Shown in pieces: positions 36,697 through 48,767 of a stretch of DNA of 64,000 nucleotides (its first letter is position 1; the number at the start of each line of letters is the position of its first letter). The notes beneath the pieces were generated by a model. It ran no database searches. It saw only the letters and a program-made list of their open reading frames with translations, and was not told the DNA's origin. Source of the stretch: an uncultured Nitrososphaeraceae archaeon (GTDB taxonomy: Archaea; Thermoproteota; Nitrososphaeria; Nitrososphaerales; Nitrososphaeraceae); contig CAWGVG010000033.1 of the NCBI GenBank assembly GCA_963825865.1, forward strand, positions 32,001 through 96,000, read 5' to 3'. The position numbers and the translations under genes are program-made.

Positions 36697-37251
36697 TTTT
36701 GTTGTTTGACTTTAATATTTTTATGCATATAAAATAGTTTTCTCTTCTATAATAATTGGTCTTGGACATTTGTATTATTGTACGATATAACTAAGGTTTA
36801 CTAGGAATAATCAGTCTGTATTTTTGATTGATATTAGAATCTCTTCTGACGTTTAAAACACGCGAGCGATTGCTCCGTGCTGATGCTTCTGTTTATGGTT
36901 GTCATCTTAAGCTTATATCATAATGAAAACAACAAAAGAAATCTCTGCAATAGCAACCGAAACCACACTCTTGACATAAAGGTCACAACACTTTATATGC
37001 TCATATATTAATTTGAAAATTTTTTTTAAGAAATATGATAACAGTAATTTGTTGTTAATCTGATATAGATTGTATTGAATAAAGGCAAAGCCATGTGATA
37101 TCTATTTGTGGTTTTGGGGCGAAAGCTGATGAACTGGTAATTCATTAATTAAAAATGATAGTCGAAAACCAATATCAACTTAGTAAAAGAATCAAATAGC
37201 CGAACAGGCGAAATCCTATTTATTTATTCTCATTGTTAATTTTAGTATCTT

Positions 37252-38298
37252 TTATTTTCTTGCTTTCACAAGTACAAATACCGCTACTGCACCCATCATT
37301 CCGCCCAATACCAGTAACACTTGCAATGGAAATGATCCTGTTGCAGTGGCGGTTCCTTCAGGAGCCTGTGTAGAAACAAATGCAAGCTCGCTGTTACCGG
37401 ATTTCTGTATCTTTGAGAATCCAGCAATTTGCAACTGGGCACTAGGTGGAGGAGTTGAAGAATGGACTTGAATTTGGGAATTATCTACTGTTGCTGTTGC
37501 ATCTGATGTCTTTTCCGTAAAAGTGCCTTCCCTGAAACTGCTTTCCCCTATTGAATAAACGGAAACTGCCCTGGCTCCTCCTTGTTCTATATAGCCTGAA
37601 CCTGCTGAACCAGCTACACTACCTGTTGGATCAAATAGGAAGTGCCACCTATCCATTGGTATTCCGATATCTTGGAAGTTAAATAATGGATCTTTCATTA
37701 TTGCCGAAGCTTGAGAATTTAAAAATGCTTGCGCTAAATCTGGATGTATAGATTGAATCAAGCCAATTGGGTAATTGACACTTATCTTGCCATACTTTGG
37801 CGCATCTACTACCAACGGATCATTAATCACTATACTCCTCCAATCTATATCTACAACTGTTAGACCTTGTTGCGCATTTTTCTGAAGTACAAACTTGGAA
37901 ATCGTTGGCTTAAAATCTACTTTGTAAGAAAGTATAGCATTATCTGGTTGGCCTAAGATATCAGCCGAGTATGATAAGCTTGCGTTATTAATTGGTCCTG
38001 GGCTTTGCTTTTGGGTCGCAATCGCTTTATTGAAAGCAGATATGACCTCAGACATTCCCCCTGCTGTTCCATTCACGGTAAATGTCACATGTTCACTTTT
38101 CCCATTAAATAATTTAGATATTGGGCTTCCGGGATTGTACTTTAATGAAATGAATCTGACACCACTAAACTCCGGTTGGGAAACATCAGCAGAAGGTATT
38201 AGAACTGCGGTCATTTGCACAGCAAAAGCCTGAGAAACAAAACTCGAAAATAAAATTATAGTTAGAATAGCAGAGAAAAGGGCTCTCCTAGCTTCCAC
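37252..38298 (-). CDS. secreted protein with C-terminal membrane anchor
   Basis: Signal peptide ending AFA, C-terminal TM and KARK. Confidence 0.75.
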   Translation of the reverse strand: MEARRALFSAILTIILFSSFVSQAFAVQMTAVLIPSADVSQPEFSGVRFISLKYNPGSPISKLFNGKSEHVTFTVNGTAGGMSEVISAFNKAIATQKQSPGPINNASLSYSADILGQPDNAILSYKVDFKPTISKFVLQKNAQQGLTVVDIDWRSIVINDPLVVDAPKYGKISVNYPIGLIQSIHPDLAQAFLNSQASAIMKDPLFNFQDIGIPMDRWHFLFDPTGSVAGSAGSGYIEQGGARAVSVYSIGESSFREGTFTEKTSDATATVDNSQIQVHSSTPPPSAQLQIAGFSKIQKSGNSELAFVSTQAPEGTATATGSFPLQVLLVLGGMMGAVAVFVLVKARK

Positions 38299-38565
38299 AT
38301 AAAAGCTCTCCTATAACCTGTTTATAATCTTTTTTGAATGAGCTCCCGACAAGTGTTAAGATTAGAGTTAATATAAATGACTTTCGACAGATTTTAGAAT
38401 TTTCATTCATTTGTTTGTATCTTCTAGAGATTATGACGAATCTCACACCCGCGATCAGAAAGCGATTTAGGAATCAAGTGAAAATGATGCAAAGATTGTT
38501 GGAACATTTATGTATACTATAATTCCGAAAATTATATACATTGTAGCACTGTATAAATTTTAACT

Positions 38566-39489
38566 TTGATTACGGTTTTAGCAGGTGGAACTGGTTCAGT
38601 AAAGTTAATTCGCGGGCTCGCGTCACAGAGTAGAGAGCTCACAGTTATTTCCAATATAGGTGATAATATCTGGCTTCATGGGTTGTATGTTTGTCCTGAT
38701 ATTGATACATTACTCTACGGTTTGGCGGACCTACTTGACAACGTGCAGGGATGGGGTATTAAAAATGATTCATTTGGTTTCCTTCGTCAAATGGAGATGC
38801 TAGGAGAACAAACGTGGTTTAGGCTTGGTGACAGAGATTTAGCCACTCATTTATTGCGAACTAATATGCTAAAGAACGGTAAAAGTCTATCAGAAATTAC
38901 CGAGTGGCTAAGAAATAAGTATACAATTTCAACAAAAGTCATACCTGCAACAGATAATGCTATTGAAACGAAAATCATAACAGATCAAGGAGAAATGCAT
39001 ATCCAAGAATTCTGGGTTAAACATAGGGGTGAACCTAAAGTTATGGATATCATTTACGATGGTGCAAACAGATCAAGGATTAACCCTGAAGCAATTCATG
39101 CTCTAAAACGTTCGAAGATAATTATAATCGCACCAGCAAATCCAATTACTAGCATAGGTCCAATGCTTGCGATAAAAGGGTTTAAAAAAGACCTAATTAC
39201 TGAAAGGAAAAAAATCGTTGCAATTTCCCCTCTAATCGGAGACAAGGCTGTAAGTGGACCAGCAGTCAAGTACATGCAGGCTTTGAAGATACAAAATTCT
39301 CCGCTTGGAGTTGCAGAATATTATTCTGACTTCATAAGTACATTTGTTATATCAAGGAGTGACAGTAATTTATCATTAAAGATACAGGATATGGAAATTA
39401 AAGTATATGAAACTGATATCCTAATGAAAGACAGTGCAGATGAAAACCGTTTGGCATCATATCTAATAAAGCAACTCAAAAGTTTCTGA
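38566..39489 (+). CDS. cofD: 2-phospho-L-lactate transferase (F420 biosynthesis)
   Basis: LAGGTG, GLYVCPDIDT, WFRLGDRDLATH, HIQEFWV, NPITSIGP, VSGPA. Confidence 0.95.
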   Translation: MITVLAGGTGSVKLIRGLASQSRELTVISNIGDNIWLHGLYVCPDIDTLLYGLADLLDNVQGWGIKNDSFGFLRQMEMLGEQTWFRLGDRDLATHLLRTNMLKNGKSLSEITEWLRNKYTISTKVIPATDNAIETKIITDQGEMHIQEFWVKHRGEPKVMDIIYDGANRSRINPEAIHALKRSKIIIIAPANPITSIGPMLAIKGFKKDLITERKKIVAISPLIGDKAVSGPAVKYMQALKIQNSPLGVAEYYSDFISTFVISRSDSNLSLKIQDMEIKVYETDILMKDSADENRLASYLIKQLKSF

Positions 39490-39491
39490 TA

Positions 39492-40148
39492 TTGGAAATA
39501 TTTGCTATTGTACCTGTAAAACGGTTTGAAAACGGGAAATCAAGGCTGGCAACATTACTAACTATAGCCGAACGCATTAAACTATGTGAATTATTACTTT
39601 GCGATACGCTAGGTACCTTGAAAAAAACATCCATGATATCCGAAGTCATAGTAGTTTCAAGTGATATGCATGCCGAGAAAATTGCAGAAATGTATGACGC
39701 AAAATTTTTGAAACAGAATAAAGATAGCGGAGTTAATGAGGCAGTTGCTTTCGCTGATGATTACTGTTCTGAAGCTAGAGCAGCTGCTACAATTGTGATT
39801 CCACAGGATCTACCTCTGCTTCTACCTGAAGATATAGATATTATGTGTAGATCCTCAGAAGATTATAAAAAATGTCTGGTTATATGTCCATCACTCAGAT
39901 ATGATGGCTCCAATGCGCTATTACGAAAGCCCGCGCTACTGCTGCAGACACAGTATGATAATAATAGCTATCAGACTCACCTCAAATTGGCTAATGAACT
40001 AGGAGTGAATGTTATGATAGTTCTGTCACAAAGAATAATGATGGATCTCGACACGGCTGAAGATGTACAAAACTTGATAAAAGAATCAAGTACACACAAA
40101 TCTGTTATGTATTTAAAGTCTAAGAGTACAATAGGCTGGTTTAACTAA
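39492..40148 (+). CDS. cofC: 2-phospho-L-lactate/PEP guanylyltransferase
   Basis: IVPVK..KSRL, DLPLL, GSNAL, DLDTAED; directly follows cofD. Confidence 0.92.
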   Translation: MEIFAIVPVKRFENGKSRLATLLTIAERIKLCELLLCDTLGTLKKTSMISEVIVVSSDMHAEKIAEMYDAKFLKQNKDSGVNEAVAFADDYCSEARAAATIVIPQDLPLLLPEDIDIMCRSSEDYKKCLVICPSLRYDGSNALLRKPALLLQTQYDNNSYQTHLKLANELGVNVMIVLSQRIMMDLDTAEDVQNLIKESSTHKSVMYLKSKSTIGWFN

Positions 40149-40228
40149 TATTGATAGACTGTTGATCTTGACTTAGGAGCAAGAGTTATATGAATTAATT
40201 AAAATATCAGAGAATTTCAGTTTCTTTA

Positions 40229-40870
40229 ATGCATGCTGAGCTGTTGGCAAGGGCTATATCAGGAATATCGCCAAATACTACGTTTGATGAATTCCGCTCC
40301 AGCTCGGGAATTGTTAGCGAGTCTGTTGCAAAGGATGTTCTACAATTTTTAAATATTCATAGTATAGGCTCAGTTTCGCCAAGTGTAATACTATTTTCAA
40401 AATCCGATCGGCTGAAAACAGCAATTGTAGCTTTGAGTATGGGATATGACATAGAAAGAATATCAAAGAAATTAAACTGGAAAGATTTTGAAACATTGGC
40501 TTCAGACGTATTACATTTGCTAGGTTATGTAACTGAAACTAATGTACGTTTCACAAAACCACGAACTGAAATTGATGTAATTGGAGTTAATTCAAAGTTT
40601 GCCATTGTAGCCGATTGTAAGCATTGGAAGAGAACTAATATATCATTGATGAGAAGCTATGTTAAAAAACAAGTGAAAAGAACAGAGCTGTTGCTCAATT
40701 ATAGAAAAAATAATAATATAACTTCTGCAGTTCCTATTTTATTGACTCTACACTGCGAAAGAGTTCAAATGATAGACAAAACTCCTATTGTGCCGATCAG
40801 CAAGTTTAAATCTTTCGTACAGGACGTTCAAAATCATCTGCCAGACATTCATGTAATCCCAACTTTATAA
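40229..40870 (+). CDS. Mrr-like PD-(D/E)xK restriction endonuclease fold protein
   Basis: WKDFE..EIDVIG..ADCKHW. Confidence 0.8.
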   Translation: MHAELLARAISGISPNTTFDEFRSSSGIVSESVAKDVLQFLNIHSIGSVSPSVILFSKSDRLKTAIVALSMGYDIERISKKLNWKDFETLASDVLHLLGYVTETNVRFTKPRTEIDVIGVNSKFAIVADCKHWKRTNISLMRSYVKKQVKRTELLLNYRKNNNITSAVPILLTLHCERVQMIDKTPIVPISKFKSFVQDVQNHLPDIHVIPTL

Positions 40871-41000
40871 TCGAAAAAAGCGTTATGTGATTTTATGGTT
40901 AATTGAAAGGGGATGAATAGTTGACAATATGCTGATTATTATGATGTTTTTCTAATACATGATTAAAATTTATAAAATCCAACTTTTGTAGCAAATAGAT

Positions 41001-41031
41001 TGTACATGACAAAATTAAATTGTCATGTACA
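41001..41031. promoter_or_regulatory. perfect 12-bp inverted repeat, possible operator
   Basis: TGTACATGACAA-N7-TTGTCATGTACA in an intergenic region. Confidence 0.45.
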
Positions 41032-41813
41032 TCAAGATTAAATGCTGCTCCGACGGCAAACAGCGTAAATAAGTAAAATAAGCTCAGGTACTATCTGCCT
41101 TCTTCGTTAATTAAAGTCACAATAAACATAATCATCCTTGGGAACATACATCATATTCCAACCGTATACGTAAATCTCTGTGTATTTCAATTACCAATAA
41201 CGAAGAAATCTTTAGATCTAAAAGCAAGTCATTATTAGGTGGTTGTGGGCTATGATTGACTACACTTAACTATTATTCAAATATAACGTAAATGCGACTT
41301 ACAATCACGCTGAAGATACTAAATATCATGAGAATTGAAAATGCTTCCATAATCATGCTTATGTGGGAAATTACTTCCAATCTGTAGTCAAATAGGCTTC
41401 GGTTAATATAACTGAATCACCAATCTATCATATCTTCGCTATATTTGATAAAACACTCTGTGTTATGGTTGAAGAAGCAAAGGAGAACAGAAAGATCCTA
41501 TACAAAAAGTTGCTCTGATTTTTAAAAATTGAATTGGGTGATAACAATAATACTCGCTCAATCTGAAGGTTTGCGCACTAAATTCCGAAAAATATAAAGC
41601 CTGAAGGTATAGAGGATGCTTTACCTTCAACCGGAATCTCACTAGTATGTGCTTAGAAGTCAAAAGGGCCTGCTACAAAAAAGGATACGTGATACAATAA
41701 TAACTCGTAAATTACAGCTCAAAGGTGCTTTGAGTATTACTATTATTTGATCATTAACTTAAAAGAATTGTCTAGCCCTTTTATATCATAAATAAATATC
41801 AAAGCCAATACAA

Positions 41814-42167
41814 ATGCAAAAACAAAGACCTTTAGGCGTTACAATTATTGCAATACTCACCATAATTGGCGGAATTGGCTTTATTACTAGTGGAGTCGGA
41901 GCAATAACAATTGCACATCTTTTTGGAGCAGGTATCGGTGGGGCACTAGTAGCAATTGGGATAGCATATTTTGTTATGGCTTATGGTTTATGGAAGGGGA
42001 AAAGATGGGCCTGGACAATAACATTGATACTTTCAGCGATAGGAATTATACTGGGTATCGGTTCAATTGCCAGCGGAAATGTCGGAGCAATATTTCATAT
42101 AATTATAAACGCAATAGTTATCTATTACCTGTACAGGCCAAATGTTAAAGCATTCTTCGGTAGGTAA
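41814..42167 (+). CDS. small 4-TM membrane protein
   Basis: RPLGVTIIA..GLWKGKRWAW..YYLYRPNVKAFF. Confidence 0.8.
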   Translation: MQKQRPLGVTIIAILTIIGGIGFITSGVGAITIAHLFGAGIGGALVAIGIAYFVMAYGLWKGKRWAWTITLILSAIGIILGIGSIASGNVGAIFHIIINAIVIYYLYRPNVKAFFGR

Positions 42168-42596
42168 AACCCTATATGTACGCACTTATGACTTGGCTTC
42201 ATGATTTGATTCTATCGTCCAATATTGGAAACATCATAAAACAGTTACGGTATGAAATATGTGTACCAAAATCAAGTTAGATTTAGATTCTACAACAACT
42301 GGCTATTGCATGGCTTCTTAATTCGGATTCTAACACAATAAAAGGTGATTAACATTTAGATTAAAAAATATAATACTGTTATAATCACATCAGATACATA
42401 TACTTTCATTTCACTCTATTTTTCAATTTTTTCGTCAACTGGACTGGACTGACGGTTGTATCAGCAGTCCAAATTAGTCAGTATTACGTGACGTTCTGGC
42501 TATCCATTATCACACATAGTATTTGAAATAACAAGGAATATAGAGAATTAAAGTTTTCTTTATAAATTATAAGGAGTATCTCCAGTAATATTCTCG

Positions 42597-43631
42597 TTGT
42601 CATTGTTAATGATTCGTAAGTCTTGGGTGGTTTTTGTTTATGCTATTGCCATATCAATGGAATCTATCATTATTGAATATTTAACAACCTCCTCTGTTCA
42701 CTTTTCTCCAATAATGCTTTCAGCCATAAGCATAACATCTGCGGGAATAATGTTGTTGCTTGTGGCTGCTTTTATCTTTAAAAAGAAGAAAGAAATACTA
42801 ATCCTTTTCATTAAATCGTGGAAAATTCTCATTCTTGCAACTTTGTCGCTTTCGTTAGGAGTATTTACATGGTATGATTCCATTAACAAAATAGGTGCAT
42901 CAAAAGAGGTTCTTATTGCTGGACCGCTTGAAATAGTCTTCATAGTTGTTTTAGCACGAGTATTCTTGAACGAGAGATTGAATGGATTTCATTTTATTGG
43001 CATCACTATGGCGCTAATAGGATTCTTTATGGCTGTTGCAAGTGGTGCTAATATCGGTGATGTTGCTGATAATATTGGCACAATCAATACAAAATCAGCA
43101 CCTTCGTTATCAGCAATAATTAGCTTTGGGGATATAGAGGCAATTCTTTCTGCGTCTGGTTTTGCAATTGGAGTCCTTTTTCTTAGTAAACTCGTCTTAA
43201 AGCATTCATCGATAGAGGTGGCAGGGGCATCTATGTTTACTTCGGGTTTAATTCTGGTTGGTTTTATGATTCTTGGATTATTCTGTGGTTCCTTTCATGT
43301 AGGGTTATCTTCAAATGAAGAATCCTTATTGCGACAACCATCAATAGTTACTGTTATTAGCATCTTGTTCTTGTTTTCATTAATTCCATTTATCGGCTCT
43401 TTGTCTTATTCTACTGGCTTAAGTAAAATCGGAGCATCCCTTACAGCAACCATAGGGTCTTCCAGTATTTTAATCACAATCACCATTCAAATAATTTTAA
43501 AAGAATTAGGATTTACCAGTCGATTACCTGAAAACATGTTTCTTGCGATTTTAGGAGGTATAGTAGGATTTTTTGGTATATATTTAATTCATATGCCTGG
43601 CTTTCTTATTCCTATAACTAAGAGAATATAG
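42597..43631 (+). CDS. DMT/EamA-family transporter
   Basis: About 10 TM in two halves; FLNERL, IGAS repeated. Confidence 0.8.
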   Translation: MSLLMIRKSWVVFVYAIAISMESIIIEYLTTSSVHFSPIMLSAISITSAGIMLLLVAAFIFKKKKEILILFIKSWKILILATLSLSLGVFTWYDSINKIGASKEVLIAGPLEIVFIVVLARVFLNERLNGFHFIGITMALIGFFMAVASGANIGDVADNIGTINTKSAPSLSAIISFGDIEAILSASGFAIGVLFLSKLVLKHSSIEVAGASMFTSGLILVGFMILGLFCGSFHVGLSSNEESLLRQPSIVTVISILFLFSLIPFIGSLSYSTGLSKIGASLTATIGSSSILITITIQIILKELGFTSRLPENMFLAILGGIVGFFGIYLIHMPGFLIPITKRI

Positions 43632-44005
43632 CTGACTTAAGAGACATCTTTATTTTTGTTTAGTTTACTGAATTAAATAAGGATCTCAAATTTGATTCAC
43701 ATCCTAAGAGAAGTTGTGTTATAATAGACTCTTCAGCAGCAAATAATATGCTGTTTATGGTATCGCTTACTGTACAAAAATACAGTGGAGAATTTGTAGC
43801 CAAATTTAGTCAGGAAAAGTTCGCTAGCTCTACTGAAAAAACAGTTTTAGAAATTATAGCTGAGATCTGGCAAAAAAATAAAAAATAACGAGCTGATAAC
43901 TTAATTATTTGTTAGTAAGATGTTGATAATCAGCCATCTCATAATTACACGCATATATTGCATAGAGATGAAGTGACCATACTGTCTTGAGGCAGCATAG
44001 ATTCT

Positions 44006-45386
44006 GTGGTTGACAATCATATGGACGATGTTATCATGGATCTTCAAACCTTAATCAGACAGCCAAGCGTTTCTGCAAAACAGGAAGGTCTGTTTGACTG
44101 TGCTGAGCTTGTTTCACATATAATACAAAGAGCTGGAATTAAGACAGAATTGCTTCATCTTACGGATCTTAAAGCTATGGATGTTCCTGTTCATATTGCC
44201 CCACCTATAGTTTATGGCGAAGTCAAATCCAAGTCAAATCCAAATGCAAAGACCATATTATTTTATAATCATTACGATGTTCAACCAGTAGAGCCAATAG
44301 AATTATGGAACGTAGACCCTTTCAGTGGTAAAGTCGAAGGTAACCACATTTTTGGACGTGGAGCTGCAGATGATAAAGGCGAGTTAATTACTAGAGTTAA
44401 GGCAGTAGAATATTGTCTTAAGGAGTTTGGAGACGTGCCATGTAACATTAAATTTATTGTAGAAGGTGAGGAAGAAATAGGAAGCACACACCTAATGGAA
44501 TATCTCAATTTATATTCGAATAAATTCAAGTGCGATGGAATCATATGGGAAAGCGGGTTTGTTGATACCAAAAATCGACCTATTATTTCTCTAGGTCAAA
44601 AAGGCATTCTATCTGTTGAGATTGGTGTAAATGGTCCATGTAGAGATGCTCATTCTAGCTTGGCAGTTCTAATCGAAAATCCCGCTTGGAAGCTCGTCAG
44701 GGTATTGAATGGTTTAAGAGATAATAGTGGAAAAATCTCGATAAATGGATGGTATAAAGAAGTAAAGGATTTTACGGATGAAGAAGTTTCTCTGATGAAT
44801 AAAGAATCATTTGATGAGGAAGCATTGAAGGAGGAATATGGCATAACAAGTTTTATCAATGACGCTAAAGGTATAGATGTGAAGAAGGCTTTTGCTGGAA
44901 ATCCAACATGCAATATTTCTGGATTACTATCAGGATATATCGAAGGTTCAAAAACCGTTATTCCAGCAAAAGCTTTAGGAAAACTCGACTTTCGCCTTGT
45001 TCCTGACATGGTTCCTGAACTACAATTTAACCGTCTCAAAGAACATGGATTTGTGGAAAAGAAGGATGACAGTGATACTGATGATTGTAAGGTAGAAATA
45101 AGATTTCTAGAGGGAGAACCAGCATCTCGAACTCCAGTAACTCATCCATTTGTAAATGTTGTTAGAGAGGCGAGCAATAAAAGTATACGGTGATGCAATT
45201 ATTAATATATCATCAGCTGGTACAGGACCAATGTATTATTTTGATAAAATGCTACATGTACCTTCTGTTTGTATAGGAGGCACAGATCTGTCTAATAGAT
45301 CTCATTCACCAAATGAATATATGAGAATTGATAGGTTGAATAAAACCATAAAATGTATTGCAGTTATTTTAGAAACCTTCGCATGA
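44006..45386 (+). CDS. M20-family metallopeptidase (frameshift near 45185)
   Basis: HYDVQP, GRGAADDKG, EGEEEIGS, HSPNE. Confidence 0.92.
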
Positions 45387-45575
45387 TATACAATAAGATC
45401 TTAAAGCAACTGCAAATAAAGGAGAAGAATGATAGGCAAGTCGCAAGTATTTTTCCCTTAATCATACCTTTAAAGACAAGGGTTTCAGCATATCGCTTAT
45501 CAATAGTATGTTAGTATCATCTTCACTAACATACAATATGACGACAAGACACTGTTATTATATCTGGGTATATAC

Positions 45576-45914
45576 ATGGTCAGTAGAGTGATTGATTGTA
45601 GTTTCCCAACTAAAGAAGAACTTGATAGAATTGGGATGAAAAAAAGGTTGAATTTGTTTAGACGTTATTTTGCTGCCAGCCGTTACAATAGATTGTTAAT
45701 CCAACTATGCTTGATTAGGTCTGCTTACGATGAATCAGTTATTTCTAGGGCGAAAGAGATTGAGAGGTTGCATAACCTAGATTTTATTAATAAGGTGAAA
45801 ACTGTGAAGGAATATGGGTTTCTAGATGAATTTGTGGATGGAGTAAAGGAAGAGGAACAGGCGTTACAAAAGATAATCGAAGCATATGACAAACGAATGG
45901 ACCATTCTTCTTAA
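45576..45914 (+). CDS. hypothetical protein
   Basis: 112-aa helical ORF with TTATTATA upstream. Confidence 0.65.
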   Translation: MVSRVIDCSFPTKEELDRIGMKKRLNLFRRYFAASRYNRLLIQLCLIRSAYDESVISRAKEIERLHNLDFINKVKTVKEYGFLDEFVDGVKEEEQALQKIIEAYDKRMDHSS

Positions 45915-46151
45915 TCAAATTATTCGTTCTTCTTTCCCTGCTAATCGGTATGCTACTTCTGCATCATAAGTACTATATATTCAACTCCCATCACTCAAAG
46001 AAGGTTCTCATACAGCAACATTATAGTTTATGCTAATCTTCTCACATGTGAAATATACATAAAACAATTTGAACTTTCCATTTCGCAATAAACATTTTGC
46101 TGGAGCAAAAGAGATGAACATTTCATTCTATGAGGAAGATACCCATCAGTC

Positions 46152-46670
46152 TTATCTTATCAAATTACAAATTATCGTACCCTTAAAACTACCCTTCTTG
46201 CCATCAAGAGCAGTAAATGATATTACTGTATCATTTGTATTGCATTGTCCTGTTATGCTGATATAATTAACTTTTACAATACTACCGATTCTGTTTCCAC
46301 TTTGACAAATGTTGTCTTGATTCTCTGAACCATCAATGGAGATGTCATTTAGCCTAGATGACAAATCGATGCCGTTAATAGAGCCGGAATTAGGATGTGC
46401 CATGTGCGGTTGCAGATTTAGCGCGCCAATACTCCAAATACCAGATGTTACTGTTTTTCCTGTCACCTCAAATTGAATTTGCTCATTATTGAAAGTCAAA
46501 CCGTTAGGACAGGAAAGCGTGCCCATTCCAAATCCGCTAACGACCTTGGTTGGAGCTTTAACTCCACTGAGGACGGTCGGAGAGAGCGTTAGAATTATAG
46601 CTAGTATGGCTATGCTTGCTAGACTGCTAAGTGCTTTACTGATATTCTTCATACACACAAAGACTTGCAA
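46152..46670 (-). CDS. secreted Cys-containing hypothetical protein
   Basis: Signal peptide, beta-rich domain with 4 Cys. Confidence 0.65.
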   Translation of the reverse strand: MQVFVCMKNISKALSSLASIAILAIILTLSPTVLSGVKAPTKVVSGFGMGTLSCPNGLTFNNEQIQFEVTGKTVTSGIWSIGALNLQPHMAHPNSGSINGIDLSSRLNDISIDGSENQDNICQSGNRIGSIVKVNYISITGQCNTNDTVISFTALDGKKGSFKGTIICNLIR

Positions 46671-47102
46671 ACCGTGGCTTTTAATGCCCGTGGTTAATAT
46701 CTATGAAATTTGTCTATAGGAAATATTTACTTGAAAAAAATGGACTATTCTATTCAATATACCCATAAGCTTCGGCATTCCTTTTACCCACATATCCTTC
46801 TGCTATTTTAGTAGCCCTCTTTTTCATAATCATGTATTTTTGCAGTACCATATATTGTTACAAATGAAAATGGTGGTGTTTGTGTCGTATAAAATGAGAC
46901 CAATTGTCATGGGTGTGCTTCTTCAAATACTATTCTGAAAGCTTTCTTGTACCTGCAAAAAATAGATTCTGAAGGCAGGTAAAAATACTTATACCTTAAG
47001 TATTTTTATTACATTCCAAAGCCTCGCAGCAGATTTCATGGACATTCCTTGCAGCTACATTGTATCTCTGAACTTAAGTCGCGATATATATTAGTTAACT
47101 AG

Positions 47103-48767
47103 TCAATTAGATGGAAAAATGCGAAAGTTAAACCCAAATTCAGTGCTGCCTCCACCTGTACGTGCTAATGCAGCAGCGTTTTTATTATCACTTTCTATAG
47201 GAAATAAAGCATCTATAGTTGTATTATTGCCCATCGTTATTGTGGAGCTTTGCTGCATAGGACCATCAGATCCAGAACCTCCAATGTAGCTTCTGCTGGT
47301 AGGGCTTTGATATACACCTCTTGGAGATTTTGCCTTATGAGGATGGTTTGTGCTGATGCTACTGTCGTCTGATCCGGGACCCACATTGTCGCGACTGCTG
47401 CCGCTTTCTCTTCCACCTGTAGCCACAGGATTATAGTTACTGCTGCCACTACTGTGACCGGGATAGCCCAGGTATTCCATACCTGATACCTTGCCAGTGC
47501 CGCTGTTCCCTAGACTAGTTACTTGATTGGCATTAGCTGCGTCAGGGTAGCCCAGGTATGAATCCTTACCTGATACCTTGCCAGTGCCGCTGTTCCCTAG
47601 ACTAGTTACTTGATTGGCATTAGCTGCGTCAGGGTAGCCCAGGTATGAATCCTTACCTGATACCTTGCCAGTGCCGCCGTTCCCTAGACTAGTTACTTGA
47701 TTGGCATTAGCTGCGTCAGGGTAGCCCAGGTATGAATCCTTACCTGATACCTTGCCAGTGCCGCCGTTCCCTAGACTAGTTACTTGATTGGCATTAGCTG
47801 CGTCAGGGTAGCCCAGGTATGAATCCTTACCTGATACCTTGCCAGTGCCGCCGTTCCCTAGACTAGTTACTTGATTGGCATTAGCTGCGTCAGGGTAGCC
47901 CAGGTATGAATCCTTACCTGATACCTTGCCAGTGCCGCCGTTCCCTAGACTAGTTACTTGATTGGCATTAGCTGCGTCAGGGTAGCCCAGGTATGAATCC
48001 TTACCTGATACCTTGCCAGTGCCGCCGTTCCCTAGAAACGTGGTAGTAATTACTTGACTGGCATTAGCTGCGTCAGGGTAGCCCAGGTATTCCATACCTG
48101 ATAGGTTGCCAGTGCCGCCGTTCCCTAGAAACTTTGTACTAGTTACTTGACTGGCATTCTTGGAAATCAGGTACGGTAGTATTGCACTTCTGGTATTATT
48201 AGATACTACATGAGTGGTCTGCTGGATCGGAATGGTATTCTTATAAGTTGTATTTGATACATTTTGCTGCCCCTGTTGTTGTTTAGCAGTAGTCGCCACT
48301 CCAGTAATATTTACACTATTAAAAGATGTTAAACCAGGATTATTACTGCATGTATATTTAGCTGTAATTTTATTATTTGGTCCTTGTTTTATTGTAGTGT
48401 AATTAGAACTAAGTACAAAATTCCATTTAGAAAAATCTGCTCCTCCGCCAGGGCCAATTCCAGTAGCCGGTTGATATGGTTTTACACCATTTGCAATAAC
48501 AGATACTTGGCAATGAGTTGTTGTTATTGTTGCATTACCAGGAGTATAGACTCCAGACACTGTAAGTTCTTTATCTATTGGTAATTCTTGGCCTTTAGTA
48601 GGAGATGTTATTTTAATAGAATGTAATTTCGGGACTGATGGTGATGGCGTCTGCTGTGTATTTATGGCTACCTTTTGGGCATAAATTACAGTGGTATTGG
48701 TCAAAACAGCAAAAATAAGTAAGCTGACCACCAACAATACTGTGAAAACTCGAGTACCGTAATTCAT
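47103..48767 (-). CDS. secreted protein with Ig-like domain and 29-aa tandem repeats
   Basis: Signal peptide, IKITSP Ig-like domain, eight YLGYP-containing repeats, Ser-rich tail. Confidence 0.8.
   Translation of the reverse strand: MNYGTRVFTVLLVVSLLIFAVLTNTTVIYAQKVAINTQQTPSPSVPKLHSIKITSPTKGQELPIDKELTVSGVYTPGNATITTTHCQVSVIANGVKPYQPATGIGPGGGADFSKWNFVLSSNYTTIKQGPNNKITAKYTCSNNPGLTSFNSVNITGVATTAKQQQGQQNVSNTTYKNTIPIQQTTHVVSNNTRSAILPYLISKNASQVTSTKFLGNGGTGNLSGMEYLGYPDAANASQVITTTFLGNGGTGKVSGKDSYLGYPDAANANQVTSLGNGGTGKVSGKDSYLGYPDAANANQVTSLGNGGTGKVSGKDSYLGYPDAANANQVTSLGNGGTGKVSGKDSYLGYPDAANANQVTSLGNGGTGKVSGKDSYLGYPDAANANQVTSLGNSGTGKVSGKDSYLGYPDAANANQVTSLGNSGTGKVSGMEYLGYPGHSSGSSNYNPVATGGRESGSSRDNVGPGSDDSSISTNHPHKAKSPRGVYQSPTSRSYIGGSGSDGPMQQSSTITMGNNTTIDALFPIESDNKNAAALARTGGGSTEFGFNFRIFPSN
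47464..48157. repeat. 87-bp tandem repeat, six near-identical plus two degenerate units
   Basis: Unit encodes KVSGKDSYLGYPDAANANQVTSLGNGGTG; e.g. GGTAGCCCAGGTATG recurs at 47546 and 47633. Confidence 0.95.

Noticed and set aside
37105-37175. Hammerhead ribozyme (CTGATGA..GAAA with TGGTTTT/AAAACCA stem)
   Set aside because: Stem I cannot form convincingly and stem II lacks its closing pair.
47464-48157. CRISPR array
   Set aside because: Units are contiguous 87-bp copies with no unique spacers and keep an open reading frame.
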